Positions 40,835 to 62,094 of a DNA stretch of 64,000 bases are shown one piece after another; within the stretch, counting starts at the first letter, position 1, and the number at the start of each line of letters is the position of its first letter. The translations under genes and the position numbers were made by a program. The stretch spans positions 1,860,001 to 1,924,000 of the forward strand of contig OZ218953.1 in assembly GCA_965112735.1 (NCBI GenBank), written 5' to 3'. The notes under the pieces are model-generated. The model was not told the DNA's origin, ran no database searches, and saw only the letters and a list, made by a program, of their open reading frames with translations. The DNA comes from Phaeosaccion multiseriatum (lineage: Eukaryota; Protista; Ochrophyta, other classes).

Positions 40835-43800
40835 TCACGCAAATTTCGGTTCATTTCTGTCAGCCAGTACACCGCTCCGACGGTACTAAACTTACCTGTG
40901 CGTGCTTGTGGCGGGACAATGTCTGCAGCGACCTCTTGAGCAGCTCGCTGGCTTGGCGGTGATCCCCCTTCTTGAGCGCAAACAAGTGCCACGCCATCCA
41001 GCACTTCTTGGACGTTTTGAAACGCTTGCACATGGCCTTGTAGCACTCTCCGGCCTCCGCCTCCTCCTCCCCTCCCTTCTTCGACGAAGCTGCCTTTGCA
41101 TAGAGCTCGGCCAGGTGAAGGTGGAGAAGCTTGGGGTGACTATTGGCGCATCCTCGCACAAACACGTCCTTCAGAGACGCCTTGTTGCCGTACTTGTGCT
41201 CAAGATTCAAGAGGGCCACCCAAACATTGAGCCGCTCCTCTTCGTCTCGGAATCGAATCACCTTGAGCGCTCGCTCCGCCACCGCCCGAGCTCCATCCAC
41301 GTCCGCTAAACCAATCTGAAACGCCATGTACTGAATCCACACATAGGAGGAGTGGGGCGTGGACATGACCTTTCGCTCAAAGTCATCGGCGGACTCAGGT
41401 GTTGCTGCGTCTCCGGCAAGCAAGCGAAGCTCCTTGGCGCGAGTCTGTTCCTCCAGCGCCCGTGCCGCAGCCGCCTTCTTCCGCCCCTTGTGACTAATCT
41501 TCTTGCGCTCCTTGCCCCCCTTGCCTCCTTCCTCCTCTTCATCTTCGTCTTCCCTATCATCATCATCATCATCATCATCATCGGAGGAGGAGGAGCTGCT
41601 GTCGGAGCCCTCTGCTGCTGCAGCTGCTGCTGCTCCTCCGTCCCACTGGAAGCCAAGGTCGGCTCCTGCTCCGAGAGCTGCACCGAACACCCCCCCCCCG
41701 CCTCTTTGCCCCCCCTGCTGTTGGTCCTCCCCCTCTTCTTCGTAGTCAGAGTCGTCTGAGTCTTCATCGCTGTCTTCGTCTTCGTCGTCACTGTCTTTCT
41801 CATCCCCATCATGCTCGTCGCTGTCGTCCTCATCGCTTCTCTTTGCCGCCTCCCCTTCCTCGTGCTCCCCCTCTGCTCCCATAACCAATTGGTTGTCCAC
41901 GTCCTCGTCGTCACCTTCGTCCTCTCTCCCCCATCTCTTGAGCAGGGCCTCCAGATTGACCCCCCCCTCACCGCCCCCCTCCTCCTCCTCATCATCATTA
42001 TCATCATCATCATCATCATCACTTCCTTCTCCACTCTCCTCCGAGGAGTCTCCTTCCTCTTCGCTAGAGCTCTCATCCCCCTCAAAGTGACTCGCCTTGA
42101 GGCTGAGCGACACCCTCTTCTTCTCTGCATCCACCTTGAGCACGAGGGCCTTGACATAGTCCCCCTCCTCATACTCCTTCTCCAGCGCCTCAATCTTCCT
42201 GTCCGCCGCCTCGGATCGGTGACACATGCCCCGCACCTCGCTGTTTTCAATCTGAATAAAGACCCCATAGGACTGCACTTGCTTGACTGTGCCCTTGACC
42301 TTCATGCCCTTCTCAATATTGTCGAAGGTGATGAGTTTGCCATCCGCCACCACTCGGGAGGGCTTGAGGGAAAGCATCACAGAGCCCTTGATGGCGTCCT
42401 ATGCGTGGGGGGTTTGAGAAACGGAGATTGGTTGGTTGGGTGGTTGGTTGGTTTGTTGGTTGGTTGGCAAGCAAAAGAGCAAGAGGATACAAGAGAGAGA
42501 GGTGGATAAGAGCAGGACGAAAGCGGTGAGCAGAGCCTGTGGGAGGAAAGGGCGAAGGAGCAGAGAGACCTCAAACAAACATGCTTGACCCTTGCGCACT
42601 TGCCCTCTTGTCCCACCCGACCCACCACACTCCCCACATCCACTCAACCCACCCAACTCACCAACCCTCACTCACCACCACACTCACCACATCCACTCAA
42701 CCCACCCAACCTACCCGATACACCAATTTTCACTCACCACATCCACTCAACCCACCCAACCCACCCGATACACCAATTTTCACTCTCCACATCCACTCAA
42801 CCCACCCAACCCACCCGATACACCAATTCTCACTCACCACATCCACTCAACCCACCCAACCTACCCGATACACCAATTTTCACTCACCACATCCACTCAA
42901 CCCACCCAACCTACCCGATACACCAATTTTCACTCACCACATCCACTCAACCCACCCAACCTACCCGATACACCAATTTTCACTCACCACATCCACTCAA
43001 CCCACCCAACCCACCCGATACACCAATCCTCACTCACCACATCCACTCACCCCACCCAACCCACCCGATACACCAATTTTCACTCACCACATCCACTCAA
43101 CCCACCCAACCTACCCGATACACCAATCCTCACTCACCACATCCACTCAACCCACCCAACCCACCCGATACACCAATTTTCACTCACCACATCCACTCAA
43201 CCCACCCAACCCACCCGATACACCAATTTTCACTCACCACATCCACTCAACCCACCCAACCCACCCGATACACCAATCCTCACTCACCACATCCACTCAA
43301 CCCACCCAACCCACCCGATACACCAATTTTCACTCACCACATCCACTCACCCCACCCAACCCACCCGATACACCAATCCTCACTCACCGATGCCAGCACT
43401 CTCCCCCTGACGAGCTTCCCGGGGGGGAAGTCCTTGGGCGGGTCGGAGACATACACATCCGCAAGCTCCTTGAGCAGTACTCGGGCAGTGAGGTGCCTGG
43501 AAAGGCGTACAAAGCACCCCATCTTCGACGTGTTCTGTACGAATCCAGTCACCACGCTGTTGACGGTCGGCACAGGCACCGCAGCACCGTCCTCCTTGTC
43601 CGTCTCTGTCTCGTCCTCCTCGTCCTCGTCCTCGTCCTCGTCCTCCTCGTCCTCGTCTTCCTCCTCTTCTTGATCTTGCTTCTTTCCCTTCTTCTTTTGC
43701 TTCTCCTTCCTCTTCTGCTTCTTCATCTGCTGCTGCTGCCGCCGCCGCTGCTGCTGCCCCTCTTCGCTTGCGTCGGGCGTGTAGTTGAGGGCGAGGCGTG

Positions 43801-46800
43801 AGGGTCGTAGGGACAGTTCGATGCGGTTTCCGTCCACGGCAACGACACGACACTTGACAACGCTCCCGTTCTTGAATCTGCGGCAGCACATGACAGGACA
43901 GGAGCGGACAACAGTGGCCACCGCGAAGGGGGAAAGGGGCAGAGAGAGGGGGAGGCAGCGCAGGAGCAGCAGAGCAGAGTAGCAAACAGGAAGGAAGGAA
44001 GGAAGGAAGGAAGGAAGGAAGGAAGGAAGGAAGAAAGGAAGAAAGGTAGGAAGGATGGAAGGACGGAAGGAAGGAAGGAAGGAGCGCGCGACAGTCGCCA
44101 TTTGAGAACAGTGGGAGGGGAGGGGGTGGGGTGGGTGAGGGCCCGACCAGACGGACACATGCGTGTGAGGAATGAGGGATAACCTTCACCACTTCCACTT
44201 GCACAAATCCCAAACAAAACAAAACAAGCTAAGGAGAAAGAAAGAAAGAGAGAGAAAGAGAGATAGAGCAAGTGCTTGTAAGTAGAGAAAGGCAAACGTA
44301 AAGTAATGTCGATGTCGAAGCCTTTCATAAACTATCACCCACATGTCAAGGTGACTCGCCACACAGACCCCTATCGCTCTAGCCTGCACACCGCAACCGG
44401 GTGGGTATAGGGTACAGAAGCGCATTGCTGCGCGTCCATACCCCTCCCCCCCCCTGGAAGCAGCAATACATTTCCAAGGACATCCCTTATGAGAAGAAGG
44501 GCATCCCCCCTTTAGGCAGGCATCATTTCGAGTGAATACACGCACGCACACACACTCACACACACACACACACACATACACACACACATACACACACACG
44601 CACACACGAAAGTACAGGCACGTTCCACACCTCCCCCCCCCCCCAACTTGACCCACCAACCCGCCCCCCCGACTCGACCTACCTGTCCAGCTCGAGCACG
44701 CCGTCCCTCCACTGGCCCGGATCGTCCACCTCCGTGATACAAACCCTTCCCATCACGCGGTGTCTGAGCTGCACCATGAGGGCAGGGGCATCTACAGCTC
44801 TCCTCTCTCCTTTGCTCACCATGCCCACCACCACGCTCCCCACCTCAATCTCCTTGCCCAGTTGGTCCACTTCCACCCGAGGAAGGAAGGTGGTGCTCTT
44901 GCTGCTGCTCTTGAGCTTTCGCTTCTTGCTTGCCTTCCGCGGGGTCTTGCCTTCCTCCTCTTCCTCTTGCTCTTGCTCTTGGTGCCTGGGAAGGTCGCTC
45001 TCAGCCAGGCCCCATGCCTCGGGAGGACAGCAGCGCATGGAGAGGGTGAGGCGGTGTGTTTCGGAGTCGACATGGAGGACCATGCAGCGCGTCGCCATGC
45101 CGGGGAGGACGTATTGGCGGTGGTTCTTGAGTACTTTGAGCTCAGAGGAGATCTCCACGAGGGGCACAAAGCCACGAACTGTCGAGGAGAGGAACACCCA
45201 CACACCTACCGGGAATATCGGAGGACGTGGGGGAAGGGGAAACACCCACACACCCACACACAGAGAGAGAGAGTAAACGAAGACACATGTTCAGGGAGAG
45301 GGGGGGCGGGAGGGAGGGAGGGAGGGATGAAGGGAGGGATGAAGGTCATGTACTGGTGTCCTAGCGTTAGTCAAATCGAAACTCAAGCTCAGATTCATTG
45401 TAATCAACTGTTTCCGACGCTACCCACTACCCACACGCACCCACACACACACACACACCGCACACACACACACGCACACACCCTCAATCATCCACCCATA
45501 CCCACCCACCCACACACACACACACACACACGCACACACCCCCGCACCTGTCTCGGACACCTCGTCCACAACTCCTGCGTACAAGCTCCCCTTCCGAGGA
45601 GGCAAGGCCTGCTGCTGCTGTACCACTAACTGCTGCTCGTCGGTGCCATTTGTGTCGCCATCTGCGGCTGCGGTGGTGGCGGTGGCGGGACCCCATGCAG
45701 GCCGTCCGTCGGTAGTGCCCTTCTCCCTCAGACTGAGGCCCAGCATCACAAGGCGCTTGCCCTCCTCCTTGCTTTTCTTGCCCTCCCTGCCCTCCTTGCT
45801 CTGCTTGTCTTGGCGGGAGAGGACGGTAGCCTTTAGAGGCTCGGCCTTGCTTAGGGACACAAAGGGGTGCCAGTCCACTTGGTTCAGCGTGTGGGGATGC
45901 TCTATGTGTATGTGGGATTTAAATATGTTTCGTTCGGTACAAGAGGGAGTGAAAGGGAAGGAAGGGAAGGGAAGGAGTAATACGGAATTGGAGAAGGGGC
46001 GCAAGGGGGGGGGGGGGGGTAGGGGGGGACGGAATAAGGACTCGGCAATAAGCAGCAGCACGAACTATACGCTCTAGATGTACGTGTACACTGACGTACG
46101 GACTAACTAACCCTCTCGTCCGTCCTTCCTTCCTTCCTTCCTTCCTTCCTTCCTTCCTTCCTTCCTTCTTCCCTCCCTCTCTCCGTCCCCGCCCTCCCTC
46201 CCTCCCTCCCACCCTCCCTCCCTCCCTCCCTCCCTCCCTCCCTCCTTCCCTTCGTAACTGACCTGTGGGGGCTAGCTGCGACGGCGCCGGCCCGTCCGCT
46301 AGATGCACCCTCGCCTTGACCTTGACTCCCTCCTCCTCGCCCGTCCTCCCCAACTCAACCACAACTCTGTCCGGCTTGATGGTCTTGACTCTTGCGCTCA
46401 CGTCCATACCGACTCGGAGATCCTTCAACGCGTACGTTGGCGTCTCCTGCGACCTCTTCTCTCGCTCTTTCTCCGCCTTCCTCTCTGCCTTTCGCTGCTC
46501 TTTCTCCTTCGCCCGGGCGGCTCTCCTCTTCCGCTTCTCCTCTTCGGCACTGCCTGCTTTCCCTCCTCCTCCTGCTGATCCTTCTTCACCTTCTTCTGCC
46601 TCCACCGCCGCCTCTGCTTTGCTCTTTTTCTTGGCTCGCTTCCTCTCCTCCTTCTCCTCCTTGGTCTCCTTCCCCCTCCTCTCCTTCTTATTCTCGCCCT
46701 GCTCTCTGCTCCTCTTTCTCTTATTCTCCACTTCTTCCGCGGCGGCCTTGTCCACCCTCGTGAGCAAGCTCAAACCTCCATGGGCTCCCTCTGTGCACTC

Positions 46801-47032
46801 ACTCGCCGTCGTCACCACGGCGTCGACCACAAGACTGCCCGCCACGCTGTCCGCCTTGGAGTAAGGGCAGTGGTAGTCGGCGACGAGGAGCAGGGCCAAT
46901 GTCCCTCCTACACTAACCACGGCGTAGGGAGCACCTGTATGTGATGAGCAAAGAAAGAAGTCAAGAAAAGAGACGGAGACAGAGAGAGAGAGAGAGGCGA
47001 TTTAGGGTTTGTATCCACCACGCGTGCTCGCA

Positions 47033-47086
<54 letters not shown>

Positions 47087-50000
47087 TCGCTCAACACACA
47101 GGTGTCACCCACTCACACACCACCGCTCACCCATTCACACCCACCCACCTCCACCCACAAGAATCCAACCCCGCAGCCCCACACTCACCACCCAACCACA
47201 TCCAATATATATATATATATATATATCCCGCATACACACACAACCAACCATCCCACACCCACCCGCACCCACCCATCGACACACCCATCGACACACCCAC
47301 CCACAACCGCGCACCTTCTCTGGCAAGCAACACCTCGCAAGCGTGCGAAGAGGCCTCCTCAAGGCGGCCGGCGCTCTTCCTCCTTTTGCTGCGCCCCGCC
47401 TTGACCACCGCCGGCAGCATGGACACATGAAGCACTCGCTTCTCCAAGTCGCAGTCCAACACCCGCACCTTCACCTCATCGCCCTCCCCCACGCCCTCCT
47501 GCGAGTGCTCGGGGCGGCAGAGCATGATGGAGGTGTCGTCGTCGGCAAGACACACGACTCCGTAGTCGCGCACCGCTGAAATGGTCACGTCGGTGGTTGA
47601 GCCGATGGGATACTTGGTCCAATCCGGAAGGGGTTGGGACTGTTTCTTCGCCTCCTTCTTCTTGTCCTTCTCCTTTTTGCTGCTCTTGCTGCTCTTCTTG
47701 TCGTTGTCATCACCATCCACTGCCATCTCCTCTGCTTCCTCCTTCTCCTTCTCCCAGCCGGACAGAAGCGTCGCTGCCCTCGCCGCCTCTTGCAGGAGCG
47801 AGGTAAGGTAGAGCGGGGCAGGAGTGGGTAGAGCGGAGGCCTTGAGCGATACCGCGATACGCTCGGCAGTCGTATCTACCTTCTGCACCACTCCTCTCAC
47901 GCTGTCCCCCGGGGTGAACATACCCCGGGGGTCCTTCACAAACGTATCCGCGACAAGGGCTCGGGGGCAGAGGGCACTCATCCCGCCTGCGAAACGCACA
48001 AACACGCCAAAGTCCTCGACGCGAGACACTGTGCCCACCACCACGTCTCCAGGGGACACGTCCGAGAGTTGGGCTGGCATGATGCCTACCATGCCACCCC
48101 TTTTGCTCGACGTGCGCGTGTTGGTGATCTGGTCCTGTGACTCCTGGTCCTTAGCGGCCTTGTCTTTCTTGGTCTGGGCCTTGGTCTTCCGACCCTTGGA
48201 GGCGGAGGCAGCAGAGGCATCAGCACCAGCAGCGGCAGAGGCAGAGGCAGAGGCGAACAGCAGCGGCTTCATGGAGAGCAGCGGCTGACCGTTACGACCA
48301 ATCTGCAACACCACGAGCTCCTCCAATTGGTCCCCCACATCAATGCCTTTGAGCAAAGCCTCACTAAAGGTGACGTGGTCACACACGTGTTCCCTGGGCA
48401 TCCACCCTTCGTGACCCCACCCATCGAGCCGCACTAGTGCCCCTTTACCCTCAACCGTGGACTCGACTCGCCCACCCACCACCGCCCCGACAAGGAAGGG
48501 GCACTTGGGCTTGCTCTCCTTCAAAGCCGCATCCGCATCAGCACCACCACCAGCAGCAGAATCATCATCATCTACATCCATTGTATCACCAACTGCTGTG
48601 TCCTCTGCACCCCCCCCCTCGGCGACATTGCCCTGCACGTCTAGGGACAGCAGCAGCTGCGGGGGGCGGGCCTTGGCGTCGCTCTTGAGCACGACGGTCC
48701 TTACCACCTGTCCGTTGGAAAGGTAAAGTAAGTCAATGAGTCAGTTCAGCATGTTACAAAAGAAGCATGTCAGCCTCAAACAAGCACGCGCCAAGACCAC
48801 AACTCAAGTACCCACCCACCCACCCACCCATCCACCCACCCATTGACTTATACTATACGTATACCCCCACCCACCTGTCCGATGCTGAAGTCCGCCGCAG
48901 CGTCCTCCACGCCTTGCTTGGCGAGGGATTTGGCGGGGACAAGGCCGTGTACGTTGTTGCAAAACGTCACAATCACCCCGAATCTGCCCACTTTAGTAAC
49001 GAAGCCAACGGCGGTCTTGCCCCTCCTGACGTCATAGCTGGTGATGGGGACCCCAGTGTCCTCCACAAGAGACTTCTTCAGGGTCGCTTGGATGCGTCGA
49101 GAGGGAACGTCCACCGTCAGCACTCGCATGGTAACGCGACTGTCCACCTGGTTGGTTGGTTGGTGGGTTGGTGGGTTGGTTGGTTGGTTGGTGGGTTGGT
49201 TGGTTGGTGAGTTGGTGGGTTGGTTGGTTGGTGAGTTGGTGGGTTGGTTGGTTGGTGGGTTGGTGGGTTGGAGGGTTGGTTGGTTGGTTGGTTGGTGGGT
49301 TGGAGGGTTGGTTGGTTGGTTGGTTGGTTGATTGGTTGGTTGATTGGTGGGTTGGAGGGTTGGTGGGTTGGTTGGTTGGTGGGTTGGTGGGTTGGAGGGT
49401 TGGTTGGTTGGTGGGTTGGAGGGTTGGTTGGTTGGAGGTCGGGGTGGGGGTAGGGGTGGCGAAGTTATGAATGCGGCAGGTTGAACTTCGAACATTCAAC
49501 AGAGCGCGCATTCTCCACCCTTTATGCGAGCGCGCTCACCCTCTCTTTCGTTGCGGCGCAACAGCAGCACCAAGGTGCAGAAGAGATGAGGAGAAGGAGG
49601 GGCGAGAGAGAGAGAGGGGGGGGGGGGGGGGGGGGGAAAGAGAGAGCGAAGGAGAGAAAGAGGGCGGGGGGAAAGAGAGAGACAACATAGAAGAGAGAGA
49701 GAAGAGCTTAGTCAGTTGCTTGGCTCACCTTAAACTTGTTCTTGGGCTTCTTGACGCTGGTTTCCGAGAGGTGCATGGTGGCACACAGCGCCTTGACACC
49801 CTCCCCCAGCTCCGCCAGCAAGCCGAAGCTCTCCACAGCAAGCACCTTGCCTTGCAACACCATGCCTGGTGACACATCCGTGTGCCTCAGAATGCTCGCC
49901 TCCAACACCGACTGCTTCAGACTCGCCGCCGCCCACCCCTCCAGGAGGATGTGCCCCACCACCCGACACGGCACCTTCTCGCCCACCTTGAACTTCTTGT

Positions 50001-51444
50001 CCAGGCGGTCAATGTGCGTGTCACTCACCCGGGAAATGTGAACGTACGCCATACCCTGGGGAGGAGCCACGGGGACAGTGGACGGCGGTGCTTTGCTACT
50101 GCCACCTCCACTTGCCGTTGTCGTCATCTCCACGTCCTGTGCGTCCGCCGCCGCCGCTGCTGCTGCCGCTGCCGCTGCGGCTGCTGGGCTGCTACTGCTT
50201 CCCCCTTCGGGGAGAGCGAGCAGTAGTCCCATGGCCGGGTCTACTCTCACCACTGTCGCTTCTCCGAGGATGGTGCCGAGGGGGAGGAGGTCCCGAGGCC
50301 CTCGCAGCTCCATGAGGTGCGGACGAAGAGAGAGGCGGATGGACTTGGTGAGATAGTCCACCACCAGCACCCTCGCCTTGACGGTCGTGCCAACCTTAAT
50401 CTCCTGTCGCCAGTCCTCTCCTCCCACCCCTCCGAAGTGGTTGTGGTCAATGCCTCCGGTGAAGAAGCCCAGCAAGGACACCAATGCACCATTGGCGAGG
50501 ATAGAGTCCACCGTGGCGGACACCAACATACCGGGCTTTATGCTGCGCAGGTTGAACTTGCCCCCTCCAGTGACGGCGCTGATGACTGCCTTCCTATTGA
50601 GACTGAGCTTGAGCAGTCGTGACCCGGAAGCCACACTCTTAACCACCGCTTCCACCGGCTGCCCCACGATGAGGCCTGCTGCTGTGTCCTTTCCGCCCTC
50701 TGCTGCTGCGTCCTTGTTGTGCACAAAGGCATTGATGCCAGGCAAGCCCACGTTGATGACGTATCCATGGTCCTCCACACTGCTCACAGCGCCCAGTACA
50801 GCACTCCCCTCCCTCAGCAGGTCCGGTGTGAGGCCCTTGTTGATGACCGAGGCCCGCATGGACAACTCAATCTGTCTCGCCCCGCTGTCCTTCTTGGCAC
50901 TGGAGAGCACTGCGCACCGCACCACGTCTCCCTCTTGGAAGAGCGTCCGCAGGGACAGTGCACTCGCGCCCTCCTCACTCATGGAGGCCAGCACATCACT
51001 CACCTCCTTCCTTCGCACCACCCCGCTGAGACTGCTCGGCAGAGCCACCACCACCTGCGCGTCTCCCACCTTGCTCACCACCCCGAGCATCAGTACGCCC
51101 TTCGTAATCTTTTTGAAGGAAACAAGCTCCAGCTTGGTGGCCTGCCCTCTCCTGCCCGTCACCACCATCCCAGCCCCGACGTCCAATGTGCTGGTGCTCG
51201 TGCTGCTGCTACCTCCTCTTCCCCCCGCGTCCGCCTCCGTAGAACTGGTGGGCTTGGGGCGCTTGGGTGCAGGCGGCTTCCGGGTCCCAAAGAGGGTGTC
51301 CCGGCTGGGGCCCTCCTCTTGCTCCGCGTCCTGCCTGCGCCGCCGCTTCTTGCCGTCCGCTGTTTGCTCATCCTGGGCCCGGCTGCTACTCCCTGAGCCG
51401 CCGTTGCTCGAGACCTGCTTCCCTCTGGGAAACAGCTCTGGCAT
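40148..51444 (-). CDS. RRP5: rRNA biogenesis protein RRP5 (multiple S1 domains + C-terminal HAT/TPR repeats), 9 exons
   Basis: N-terminal FPRG motif. Repeated S1 domains ([33 protein letters not shown]). HAT region PESADDFER...[10 protein letters not shown]...[12 protein letters not shown]...[13 protein letters not shown]...PKRLDLW. Eight introns traced in frame. Confidence 0.95.
42681..43388. repeat. 50-bp minisatellite, 14 near-identical copies, at the 5' end of an RRP5 intron
   Basis: Unit CACTCACCACATCCACTCAACCCACCCAACC(C/T)ACCCGATACACCAAT(T/C)(T/C)T with an exact 50-nt period. Confidence 0.97.
49149..49436. repeat. (GGTT)n / (CCAA)n degenerate tetranucleotide tract abutting an RRP5 3' splice site
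   Basis: Direct read. Confidence 0.9.
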
Positions 51445-51777
51445 CGTGAGCCCTATGTGGCCAACGACCCCACCTACCTCTCTTTCTACGCTTTCACGAC
51501 AGAGCCACCCGATCGGCCAAGATCCTGGAGAGTATGTCAACGATTGATGACTTGGGGAAGGAAAATCGAAAATCTTTTCAACGGGCCCCATCGCCATCTC
51601 CGCCATCAACCCCCCTCCGTTATGAGGAGAGGGTCATAGCGTGAAGCCGTGAATCCCGTACAGCTGCTGAGGAGAGGAGAGCGGGAGGTGTAGGGTAGAC
51701 TCTGCGGAGGAGAGAAGCGATTTTTGCCCAGATTGAGGGAAACAAATTGAGGAGGCACCGCGCCCCGTTAAAGCCCT

Positions 51778-60504
<8,727 letters not shown>

Positions 60505-61114
60505 AAATACAGACAAGAGGCGGCGTATGGGCAGACGGCAAACAGAGGCATATGGGCAGGCAGAGAAGTGGAAGACCGGTCCAGGCAGAGGCGCGGCGAC
60601 GGCCGTGTGTAGGGCGAGAGACCAGATCACCATCTCCACGCGCACACGCCCTTTCCCCCTCTACCTCTCTCTCTCTCTCGTAGAGATGCTTGATTCGTGC
60701 CTGGCCTGGCCGGGGCGGGGTAATGAGGTGGAAAGAAGCACAGGCTTCGGTGGCGTCCGTAAGTCCTACCGCATGCGCAACACACGCCCAAGCGCGCGGG
60801 CCGTTTCGGTTCGGACGCGCCCGATGGACCCACCCGAGGCGTGCACACACGTACTTATGCATACGTACGTGTGCATACGTACGTGCACATGGGGTGCCGT
60901 CTGCCCAGTCAGTCCAGAGACTCCAGAGTCAAGGACAGGCAAACGCGAGCGCGCTTGGTGTGGGGATGATTGGGGTAAGGTAACCCCCCCCCCCCAAAGT
61001 GGTGCCCCAAGTCCGTCCACCCGTCCAGCACATGTGATGTGGAGCCAACTGTGATGCCATGTGTCGTCTTGTGTTGCTAATACGCGCCACACCGTGTGCA
61101 TGCATGGCGTGGCA

Positions 61115-61203
61115 TGGTGTGGTGTGGTTCCGTGGTGTGGTGTGGTTCCGTGGTGTGGCGTGGTTCCGTGGTGTGGTTCCGTGGTGTGGTTCCGTGGTGT
61201 GGT
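61115..61203. repeat. Short degenerate tandem repeat of GTGGTGTGGTTCC
   Basis: About 5 imperfect copies read directly. Confidence 0.8.
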
Positions 61204-61523
61204 GTTGTCGTCTCTGCTGATGGTGATTTGGTCCGACGAGGGAAAGAGCAACTCCCTTTCACTTCCTCACACTGCTTTGGAAGGCTACCGTAATAACCAC
61301 GTCACATCCACACCCCATCGACCACACATGGGTCCTGGGCCATCAAGTCACCTTTCGCGGTCGGTTGGTCACCTTCTCTTCTCTCTCGCTTCACCTCACG
61401 GTCCCGTACGCCGTGGAGGCAACGCACAATAAGGATCGGGCGTAGGGAGCCCCTGGTCTTGTGTGCCCCCCCCCCCCCATCCCCCACACACCTGTCGAGG
61501 GACAAGAGCTCTCCAAGCCACCT

Positions 61524-61557
<34 letters not shown>

Positions 61558-61662
61558 AAGAGGGGCTCGTGTGACGGTGATGGTGATAGAGTGATGATAG
61601 TGGCAGTGAGAGAGGGGGGCAGAGGCTTACCTCACCACCCCATTGATCCCCCCAATGGTTGA

Positions 61663-62052
61663 TCACCTCAGACACACCACGAGGGACTCGTGATAGATGC
61701 TCATGACCTCCGCCACTTCGTCCGCGTCAAGCTGCTCCTCCCAAATGATGCGCCGCACATGCTTCCTGCCCTCTCGAAAGTAGGGGGCGAGCCTCTTGAA
61801 CAGGCGGAAGGCCGCGCTGCCGTCATCCAATTCGTCCAGGTAGGCCGTATATGCGGCGGCCAAGCGAGCTTCGTTGTCTCCCTCCTCGTCCACTGCTTCG
61901 CATACTGCTGCTGCTGTTTCAGAAGTCGTCTGAGCCCGTGTCTCAGTCTCGGCAAAGGTTCCCGCCGCCCCCGTCGCCGCGACCCCCTCCTCCTCCGCGT
62001 CATCCTCCTCTCCCCCCCCCCCTCCTCCTCCTCCTCCTCCTCCTCCTCCTCC

Positions 62053-62094
<42 letters not shown>

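Noticed and set aside
42539-43801. Long repetitive + strand ORFs (420, 362, 272 aa) and CRISPR-like periodicity
   Set aside because: These are antisense translations of the 50-bp intronic minisatellite. There are no unique spacers and no cas genes, and the context is eukaryotic.
45193-45254. 14-bp repeat of an RRP5 exon start within the upstream intron
   Set aside because: Short and low-complexity (CA-rich), and lacks an AG acceptor; chance or slippage is sufficient.
51445-51609. N-terminal extension of RRP5 suggested by the ORF track
   Set aside because: The conserved FPRG motif directly follows ATG 51444, and the extension occupies the shared promoter region.
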